Below are positions 54,338 to 64,000 of a stretch of DNA of 64,000 bases, in pieces. Source of the DNA: Octopus vulgaris (taxonomy: Eukaryota); the NCBI GenBank assembly GCA_951406725.2, contig OX597829.1:55180001-55244000 (forward strand), written 5' to 3'. Numbering within the stretch: position 1 is the first letter of the stretch; the number at the start of each line of letters is the position of its first letter. The position numbers and the translations under genes are program-made. Below the pieces are notes generated by a model. It had not been told where the DNA came from and did no database searches. It was given only the letters and a program-made list of their open reading frames with translations.

Positions 54338-55120
54338 TCCAGCTACACAGAACTTTGCACACATGAGAAAATGTTTTATTTTCTGTTTAAATATAAGGAC
54401 AACACTTCTTAGTAGGTTATGAACGACTGGTCTGATGCCGATTTCAAAATGTCAGTAGTCGATGAAGCGTAAGAGCGTAGAAATACGTGTCTTCTGCTCA
54501 ATGGTGTAGTTTTCACACACATTATCTACAAGTAGAATTTCTCTGCAGGGACAGTTTTCACAGTAGAACTTTTTAAAATTTTGAGTATAAGCAACGTATT
54601 TGATATAATCATACACATATATACAAAGGTGTGCTGAAAAGTTCTTGGTTTTAAGAGTGTCGCAAAAGGCCTGGTTGGAGACTCAACCTTCCGAGTTCTT
54701 TTATAGGGGTTAGAAAAACTGAAGGACCACTGCAATAAGTGTGTGAATCAGAGAGGGGAGTATTTTGAATAAGATCATGATTAACTGATCCTCCTGTATT
54801 ATCTTTCACCCAAAGCCAGGAACTTTTCAGTGCCCCTATGTATTTCAACCATTGCTGCTTTGCGTGTCTCTAATGAATTAATTAATTCCAGCTTCACAAT
54901 GCTTTGCACACACCAACAAATGTTTTATTTGCTGTTTAAAAACAAGAATGGCATTTCTTAGTGGGTTTTGAATGACAGATTGTGTATCCATGGCTGATGA
55001 AGCGCAACGATGCAAGAACACGAATCATACGCTCCGACGACTTCATTCATAACGCCGTAGTATGTTATTCACCCACACATTGTCTATAAACGAACTTCTC
55101 TCCGGACACAGTTTACGCAG
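54338..55120 (+). repeat. Diverged tandem duplication (unit about 330 bp once the MITE is removed), each copy with a decayed hammerhead-like motif
   Basis: 54338-54565 aligns with 54887-55120. Confidence 0.65.
54624..54840. mobile_element. Mariner-type MITE
   Basis: TA flanks; TIRs ctgaaaagttcttggttt / aaagccaggaacttttcag. Confidence 0.85.
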
Positions 55121-55344
55121 TTTCCACATTTTAGTGTGAACGAACGTTTTCAGGGTAAACATACTGATACTGCAACTAAATTGTATTTCCCAAAATCCAG
55201 TAAAAAAAACAACAACAAAAAAATAAAGATAAGTAAAAAGGAAAACAGCTGCCTGCATCGCGGCGTCAAAAAAGAAAAAAATTCTTCCAAAGAAGCGCCA
55301 AAATTTTAATATCAAAACAAGTACAAGTAACTTACTAAAATGAC

Positions 55345-55935
55345 CATTATGTCCATCTATCTGTCTGTCTGTCTGTTCCCACTTCACGGTCAAACGGTTG
55401 GACCAATGGTCACAATATCTTTCGGGATTACGAAGAAGATAATTAGGAAGGTTTTTGGAAAAAAAAAAATAGAATGTGGAAATATATGATTATTTAGTGG
55501 ATATTGAGTTTTGATTTAATAAATCACCTTTGTTTTTTTTTGTTAAAATTCCGGCGATGAGGATTATCTCTGGATTTCCCCCCGTATAGTTTGTGAATTT
55601 AGAGGGTTTAGATTTCCTATACTATCCCTTTATTTCCTATCGTAGATGGACAGATTTGCTAACTTACTATAATGGGCGTTATGTCCGTCTGTCTGTCTGT
55701 CCGTCTGTCTGTCTGTCCGTCTGTCCGTCTCTTTACAGTCAGATGGCTGGACCAATGGCTACGATATTTTCCGATATTACAAAGACGGTCGTCAGAAAGG
55801 TTTTTAGCATTAAAAAAAAATCAGAAAGTATGATTATTTCGTAGATATCGATTTTTGAATTGATAGACCACCTTTGCATTTTTATTAAAAATTCATCGAC
55901 CACGAGTAACTCTGGATTTTCATCGTATAGTTCGT
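55345..55935 (+). repeat. Two diverged about 330-bp units with (GTCT)n heads, Helitron/Helentron-like
   Basis: ttatgtcc-(gtct)n-..ggaccaatgg..gaaggtttt at 55348 and 55679. Confidence 0.55.
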
Positions 55936-56818
55936 GGCCCCATCGTAGATACGAAGGGGGTCGCGAGGACAGTTAACAGTGAAAATTAAATGGAAACAGT
56001 GTGCGTCTGTGTATAGTGTGTGTGGTTATTTAGTGGTTATTGAAGTGTGTCAGTCTCGAGCAGGATTCAGAACAGTTAATCGAAGCGGCTGTTGTCGACA
56101 TCTCAGTTTTGCCAATCAAAATAACCCATGGTACCAGAACATCGAGACATTATTCAACAGTGAGAGGTAAGTCTTAGTTTGATTTTTTGTAACCCTAGAG
56201 ATTCCACTCGCGCATTCACAGCAAACAAAGCACAAAACCAGACTTTATAATCGTGTAGGTGTATTTTTACTCACTCCGATGTTTACACAAAGCCAGTTAT
56301 ACGTTGCTATGAGTAGAGCAACGGACTCCAGTTATTTGAAAATTAGTGTCGACTAAACGGAAACAAAGAAACAAAGAAGCTTTGTAATCATATTGATATT
56401 ATCGAAAGGAATATGATTCATAATTTAAATAAGGAAATTTATGAACTTTGATATAAACAAGCGTAAAATAGCGTAAACAACTGTAATAAAAGTATATCTA
56501 AATAACATTTTTTTTTCTTAAAACCTTTTATGTAGTGGTCGCAGGAAGCTCTGGCTTTCGTTAGGAATGGTCCTCATAACCATTCATGATACAGAAGCTG
56601 GAAGCCTATTTCAGTTCGGGAGTGAATCGCCATCGCATGTCGCTTAGTCACAAACACGTCATATAACTGCAATAGGATGCTGTATCACCAACAATAATGT
56701 GATTTCTCTAAGACATCACCCAGCAATCTATCATTTACACATTTCTCAATGCATACTGCTGTTATGACTTCCCTCCTGCATTTTTATGCCTCCATCGTAG
56801 ATGGGTAGATTTGCTGGT

Positions 56819-56850
<32 letters not shown>

Positions 56851-56862
56851 CGACGACGACAA

Positions 56863-56893
<31 letters not shown>

Positions 56894-56896
56894 AAT

Positions 56897-56934
<38 letters not shown>

Positions 56935-56937
56935 GAA

Positions 56938-58337
56938 GGATCTTTTCCTTTTTAAAGCCAGATTTTCCTAGTTAACTAAACAATTTGAAACTTCGTATAC
57001 TGGTAGAATGTGTCAAAAGAAAACATAATTGTAAACCAAAATGAAAACGGAATTGTAATTTCTAAGTTTAACCTTGTTTAAAAATTCGAATTTTAACCAA
57101 TGATATCCTTTCTTTCGACTTCATATCATTTACTGCCTCTCAAAATATTGTTACTGTGACGTAAACAGCTATTTTGTGACGTAGTTAACATAGCTAAAAT
57201 GTAAACAAAGCCACTTCTGGTACTTCTGGTACTTATACCGAAGGGTCGCCGTCGAATGTACCAACCGTAGTATTTATAATTTTTTGGCGTAAGAAATGAC
57301 GCTAGGCATTTTATCCGATGCACTACCGATTCTGCCAGCTTTACATTATATTTTTCGTCGAAGTTTAACTATGTCACTTTGATGATATATTTTTACGCGT
57401 GGACAAATAATAGAGAGATAATGTGGATCAGATGGTATTACATGCTGACAAGGGCTTGGTAAAGGACTGTTAGAATGTTTAGGGATACGGTCCTATACGT
57501 TCGGGTTTCAACCCTCACCGGAATTCAAAACAAGCCGTCTGTTCTTCCACGGTCGAGAAAATACATCGATCAAGTATTGGAGATCGATATAAATGATTAT
57601 ACCCTCCACTCACCCCAAAATATATGCTTTGTGTCTATAATCAATATTACAAATATATTGTTATTGCTATTTAACTCAGGTCATCCTGATAAACCTGGTT
57701 GAGGATCAAAGGGTTCCAACTATGACCAACCCGTATTTTTGCGCCCCCACCCTTTTTTTCAGATATAGCATCTATGATTATATTCGCCAATGTACCCTTC
57801 CTTTAACCCAGTAGTATATGGTTTTAAGGGGATTTGGGTGTTATTCCTAGCACATCGACGAGCGAAAACGCAGAGGGGCCCTGATTATGTGCGAGTATGT
57901 GTATGGATGGGTACGTGTGTGTATGTGGGTGCATACAAGCCAGATAACCGGTTCAAGGCGTGAGTCAAACTGAAGAATCAAAGCGTGTGCACAAGTTTAT
58001 AGTAAATATATACATTGTATAGAGAAAACACCCGAAGCCTATACAAAAACACCGAATATGTGTTTATTATTCATCCAAAGTAAACAGTACGTGTGTGCTG
58101 TTTACGTCACAGTAACAATGTTTAGACGGGGCAAATAATTTCAACTGAATACAGAGAATACGATTGGTTAAAATTCGCAGATTTAAACTACGTATAAACT
58201 TATAAAATACATTTTTGTCAAAAAAACTAGTTGAAATTATTGTTTTCTTTTGACACATTCTACCAGTATACGAAGTTTCAAATTATTTAGTTAACTAGAA
58301 AAATCTTTAAAATCTGGCTTTCAAAAAGAAAAGATCC
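56938..58337. mobile_element. Non-autonomous DNA element with about 230-bp TIRs
   Basis: ggatcttttc..aaagccagattt..ctagttaactaaa..gaaacttcgtatactggtagaatgtgtcaaaagaaa..ttactgtgacgtaaacagc (56938-57169), inverted at 58097-58337. Confidence 0.85.
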
Positions 58338-58338
58338 C

Positions 58339-58371
<33 letters not shown>

Positions 58372-59480
58372 TATTATTATTATTATTGTTATTATTATCA
58401 TATTTGTTCTTTAATCAAATCAGATAAGTCCGATAAATGAAAAACAATGTTTCAAATCAGTCCAAAAATATTTCCCGCTCGTTCGTTTTGCTGATGAAGT
58501 TTTTAGAAGGGAATGGTCAAAGCGTTTTCAATGCCAAACAAAATTTCAAGGGGTGTGCTTGCTATCACTGCACCTGTTCCTGAGATTTTTGTTTAACCAC
58601 CAGATCGGGCAGATCTATGATGAAAACCATCCCAGGGTTACTGCCAAAGACTCCATTATCTGTGTGTTAACCTTATTTAATATATCAGAGTGTGTTTTGA
58701 GGGACATTTGGCTGCTATTTCTGGCTGGTAAAGCTATCGAATGGAGCCATCCCTTACTCCTCGTTGACTTGATACTTAAATGGTTGTTGTTGTTGAACCC
58801 AAAGTCAGCCTTCATTGAGCAGAACTACGATCAAAGACTTCTCAGCCAATTTTCAAATATACTATATTCAAACATAATGTAATGTGAACTTCTTTTTCTT
58901 TATATGATGTGATGAAATTTGGGGGTAATTTGTTTGCTATATCTTGTAGGTTAAGCGACCACGTCGAAATTCTCTATCTGCTATTATGATTGTTTAACCC
59001 TTGGTTAGCTCTAACTGGCCAAACTTATGATATAAAGCATTCCGACCAAGACCAGCCCGGTTTTTTTTGTTCTTAAATCAGAACCACATTGTGTAGAGTG
59101 TCTTTCATACTTTTAAAGTTAGTCGGGTGCGATTTGAGAGGGATTTGGTTGCTATTTCTAGCAGGTCGACTATGGCTTTTCACCACTGTCGTCTTATGTG
59201 CACTAATATAGGTTTGTCTCTACTGGAGATTTTGATTTCAGTTGCTCGAATGTGTGTTTTGTAAATTGTAATTCTCACTTGAAAGAGATTGCGTTTGGTA
59301 TTAAGTGTTCTAGCAGATGTTGTCTAGTCTCCACCAAACCTCATAGAGTAGAACTTAAGGGTCAAAAGTTTTCCAACCTCTTTAGAACTACATTCTTTCA
59401 TTTGCCTTTTGAATATGATGCGGGGAAACATTTTGCTGTTATTTTTAGTAAACCGAGTGATCACGTTGATGTTCCGGCGT
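57660..59480 (+). repeat. Cluster of 4-5 diverged copies of a short dispersed repeat
   Basis: Recurrent gagg gatttgg(c/t)tgctattt(c)tagca and tatgatcaaag motifs at about 57830, 58705, 58930, 59145, 59435. Confidence 0.6.
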
Positions 59481-59763
59481 TGTCATTATTTGCTATAATA
59501 TCGGATAACGACTGCGTGGAATATGAGTTGTATTAAGTTATATTGCGCGGCGATTGGGCAGAGAATGTATTATATGAGTCGTGTGTGTGTGTGTGTGTGT
59601 GTGTATTATTTTGAATCGTAGAGTGTACATAGGAGGTGGGGCTACATTTTGGGAATATGTGTAGAGGTTGTAAGCGATGGTTAATTTTCTATTTCAACAA
59701 TCTCGATCCGTGTACTTTGATAATTTTGCTGCTCTTTCATGCTGTTTCATTAATAAAGCAAAA

Positions 59764-59988
59764 GAAGGCGGTGAACCGGCAAAAATGTTTGCACGCCGGA
59801 CAAAAACGCTTAGCGGCATTCCATCCGGCTCTTTACGTTCTGGGTTCAAATGCCGTCGAAGTCGAATGTGCCTTTCATACTTTCCAGGTCGATAGGGATA
59901 AAGTACCAGTTGAGCACTGGGATCAATGTTATCGACTTATAACCACCCCTAAAATTGTTGGCCTTCTGCTAAATTTTGAAACTGTTAT
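59764..59988 (+). mobile_element. Meta-domain SINE
   Basis: gggttcaaat B box; gtcgaatgtgcctttcatactttccaggtcgatagg..aagtaccag. Confidence 0.78.
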
Positions 59989-60000
59989 TAAAGCAAAAGT

Positions 60001-60260
60001 GGAGGCGCGTGGCTTAGTGGTTAGGGTGTCAGCATCATGATCGTAAGATTGTGGTTTCGATTCCTGGACTGGGCGACGCATTGTGTTCTTGAGCAAAATA
60101 CTTCATTTCACATTGCTCCAGTCCACTCGGCTGGCAAAAATGAGTAACGCTGCGATGGACTGGCGTCCCGTCCAGCTGGGGAACACATACGCCATTGAAA
60201 CCGGGAAACCGGGCCCATGAGCCTGACTAGGCTTTAAAAGGGCGCATTTATTATTTTTTT
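60001..60260 (+). mobile_element. tRNA-derived SINE with V-domain-like segment
   Basis: TGGCTTAGTGG A box, GTTTCGATTCC B box, CTGCGATGGACTGGCGTCCCGTCCAG. Confidence 0.85.
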
Positions 60261-60554
60261 AAGCAAAAGACGGACGTTACAACAGTGGCGCTGGCGGCAG
60301 CAACAGCAGTGGTCGCGGCAGCAGCAATCTCATCTCTCCAACAAACCGAAGAAGCAATCGTAAAGAACCTTACGGTGGTGTCCACCCTTCCAATCAGCAG
60401 AATTAAAATTACAGATACCCACCATCACATACAAAGACGTGCCTCTAACCTCCTCGGACTTTTCTTTTAAGCGAAGAAGATAGAGGTAGGTCGTGGTCAG
60501 AAAAAGAACATCAATGTCCGATCGACCGTTTACTGGGCCTACCGTTACCACCGT

Positions 60555-60587
60555 CAGCAGCAGCAGCAGCGCAGCCACCACCACCGC

Positions 60588-60671
<84 letters not shown>

Positions 60672-60708
60672 TATCGCCATCATCACCACCACCACCACCA
60701 CCACCATC

Positions 60709-60768
<60 letters not shown>
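60555..60768. repeat. (CAG)(CAC)(CAT) compound trinucleotide repeat
   Basis: Direct inspection. Confidence 0.95.
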
Positions 60769-61029
60769 GAGTCGACGCAGTAGTCTCTGCATATCGTGCG
60801 ATTTACTAGAAATAAAATCCAGATCTCTCTCGAATTTCAACCCGACAAGATCGACAGGTTACAATAACTGTGATAATAGGTTTCTTAATTAGCTTAATTT
60901 AGATTAGACATCAACTTACAGAACATATATTGAAACAACTGCCGAGGCCAACTTTGTCTTTCATCTCTCCCGAATCGTTAAAATAAAGTACTAGTCAAGT
61001 CTTGGAGTTGGTGAATAAATTTTGTTGAT

Positions 61030-61600
61030 GTGACCCCAGAAATAAACATCTGCTGGTTGGTGACGGCGGTCCTTTTGGACATAGAGAATGAAACTAACAT
61101 TTTGCAGGTGGAGAGGCTGCAGAAACAAGACTAGTCGGACCAAGGGACGGTGTTATTAATCCAAACGGAACAAGAAAGTATAAAGTTCATCCTGGATCTG
61201 ATCAATCTTTTAGATGACGAAACTGTACCTGGCCGTTGAGGGTAGGAAGGCAAAGTGTTATTTGTGTGTGGACACAAACCATCCCCAAGGCTTCCTGTCT
61301 ACATAAAAGGATGAGAAAAAGACCAACCACCGCAACAACAATAACACCAGCAGTAGCCGTGCTGCCAACAATGACAGCAACTGCAATACTAAAATTGGGA
61401 GCTGCAATAACACCACCACCACCAGCAGCAGCAGCCATTCAAGAATTTGGACCTAGGGATCTCCATTTCCAGCGACTTCGAGAGCCACCTCCCAGTGGTG
61501 TCAGGCGTCAACGAAGAGCCCTCGACTACAGCAAGATGACCAAAGTTTTTTTTCTCCAAGGTCTGGGGTCTCCCGCCCCTAAGTCCTAGACCATCACCTA
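61030..61600 (+). mobile_element. Probable Tx1/L1 ORF1 remnant
   Basis: KLYLAVEGRKAKCYLCVDTNH zinc-knuckle-like motif near 61220-61300. Confidence 0.45.
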
Positions 61601-61811
61601 ATCACCCTTACCCACCGTCTTGTTGCTTAACAACAACAACAACAACAACATCAGCAGCAGTAGTAGTAGCATCAGCTGTAGCAGAGATAGGAGTAGCATC
61701 AGCAACAATAACACAAACGACAATAACAGTGGAAACAAGAACATCCAAAAGAGCAAAAGAAACACTACTTCACCACCAACAGCAACTGAAAGCTGCTCCA
61801 CCTCATAAAAC

Positions 61812-61935
<124 letters not shown>

Positions 61936-62689
61936 AAACCACGACCAAGATATGCTTCTACTCACTAAAGTCTACTCAGACATTTCATGTAGCGAAGGTG
62001 ACAGAGAAGAAAGCAAATGGTAACACATAACAAACAAGAATATATATATCTACAAAAGAGTGCGGTGATTAAACTGTTGTCTAAATCATGCAAAAATGAA
62101 AATAAACACTGACATCTCATTTTAACAGATACATTTACCAAAATTACATGAAAATATCTTGAAATATTAAAGAGTAAATTTATTCAATAAAATCGCCATT
62201 GGTTTCAACCACTTCAGTGGCGACAGTAGTTGTGCCTTTTGGCAAATGGATGCAAGAAACATCTGCCAACAGCAACAACATCTGAAACAACAAGACACAT
62301 ATTACCAACATTACTATGACCATCACCATCGCCATCACAATCACCACTACCACAGAGACAACCAACATCACAAATACCAGCAAACCACAAAATACACCCA
62401 AACCAAGGACAACCGCTAAGAAACAATATAAATTACGTCACCATAAATAAAAGCAACAAACAGTTAATGAAACCCACATTTCAACAGACAGCCATTACTC
62501 AGAACGATTTCATCATACCAACAAAAACACCCAAACACACAAAATTTATTCAAACAACTCAAAAGATAACAGTAAAAAAACTTCATAAAAAAAGGAACTG
62601 CTTATGGAAATACTCACAGCCGACCGGAAGGAGGAAACATCTCCACCTCCGAAGGAATAAGATAAAGTGGCCTTTTCTCACTTTCTTCC

Positions 62690-63590
62690 CTTCTGTCAAA
62701 TATAGCCTTACACATTACCTGGGGTCATCTTTTCAGCAGAGCTGCCTACTCAATAATATCAGTTCGTAAGATAGATGCGGTGGTCATCAGCGAGAGAAGA
62801 GTTTCCAATCCACAGGCCTTCGTTCCAATTTTCTATTTATCCCTAAGTCGACTGGGATTGAGGGGTGGAACTGCGGTGTTTTTTTTTAGGAAGGGTCTGG
62901 ATCTCACATGTTCTTGGACCCAGAAGGTAAGGTGGTGGTCATGGATGTGAAAAGTAGTCAATGGGTACATTCAGATTAGCAACTGTTTATAATCCGACAG
63001 GGGTTTCTTTAGGATTCGGACATTTTCATAGGAAAGTTTCGCTTTTAGCGCTAGTACAGGACTGGCTCACCATCTTTGATGCACGTTTGAATTGCATGAT
63101 GCTTGCTGATAGGAAAGTGGGATTTAATAGTCTACCAAACCTGCTCAGATGTTCAACTTTCCGATTGAATTTTGCGAATGGCTAATGTGAGCAGAAACAA
63201 ATCGCATCGGATTATCCAGATCATACCTAGACAGCGTATTCCGTAGACCAGTAGATGAAGGTAGTATAGGTTGTCCACATTTTAAAATCTTCAGTTGCAC
63301 AGACCATACATTTTTGATCTGGAGGTCGAACTAGATAAATTTTATAGGTAGGGATCCGGTTACTGGCAGTCGAACGCTTCGCTCCCGGCGCGCGCCTTGA
63401 CGTATGAAGCAGGAATTGAGAATGCTACACGTCAACAACAAATGGCAGTTCGTTCTGAAAAGAGCGATTAGAGTAAAATCAACGAGGTTTAGTTAGGTCA
63501 TAGCAATAGAGAAGAAAAGAATAGAAAGATTTGAAAGTGGAGTTTGGGAAAGGCATCGAAACTGACGTGAGAATGGCCCTCAACACGAAG
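62690..63590 (+). mobile_element. Degenerate Tx1/L1 ORF2 AP-endonuclease region
   Basis: DPEGKVVVMDV, FRLATVYNP, YLD, DH, GSGYWQSNAS (cf. GxGYWKLN). Confidence 0.65.
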
Positions 63591-63599
63591 CTCAGAGGT

Positions 63600-64000
63600 C
63601 GCATTGTTTTTTATGGTGAATGTGTCATATTATTTGCTTCTTCCTGTAAAAAATGTTCTTCTGTGAGTCTGTCATACTTTTTGTCTGCTAATAATGCGAG
63701 TTATATTCTCTGGTTTGTTGCTCAAATCTTATTTTACGTTTTCTTTTATTTGGTCAATTTCAACGTCGGTCAACTGCTTCCGTTTTACAACATCTCTTGG
63801 AACATTCGCAAGTTTGTTGCTGTTTATGTTTAGCTTTCTCACCCAAATCGATATATTTGTTCAGTATTTAAAAACTTGTGATGTGGATAATACATGGAAG
63901 TGTAATAAGCTTCAAATACATGTTTATTGTCATCTCTAGATCATCCCTGTCTCTTGATTTGATTCGTTCTTGCTTGTGTTGGCCATGGAGAACCCTCAGA
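63600..64000 (-). mobile_element. Probable R4/Dong-type LINE N-terminal remnant
   Basis: VFEAYY..YYP and NKLANVPRDVVKRKQLTDVEIDQIKENV resemble the N-terminal region of R4-clade ORFs. Confidence 0.45.

Noticed and set aside
60262-60790. Gly/Ser-rich and poly-His/Gln frame resembling a transcription-factor exon
   Set aside because: Interrupted by stops, driven by trinucleotide repeats, and lying among LINE debris

Overview
Gene-poor, AT-rich animal DNA made almost entirely of microsatellites and nested transposable-element debris. The repeat repertoire resembles a coleoid cephalopod such as Octopus; this is an inference from the SINE types and microsatellite density. No host protein-coding exon is supported, and most long ORFs are translated simple repeats. 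Recognisable elements: two Penelope-like elements (RT + GIY-YIG) plus truncated copies and solo pseudo-LTRs; CR1-, RTE-, R4/Dong- and Tx1/L1-type LINE remnants; several tRNA-derived SINE families (CORE-like, Meta-domain, V-like); a hAT (Buster/Charlie-type) and a Tc1/mariner transposase remnant; piggyBac, mariner and hAT MITEs; Helitron-like ends; and a Gypsy integrase fragment. The main hidden signal is RNA-level: about eleven hammerhead-ribozyme motifs (intact to degenerate) in several architectures. Some lie in Penelope pseudo-LTRs and some in non-coding, retrozyme-like elements. Two SINE/LINE pairs share 3' tails, one with a covarying hairpin.
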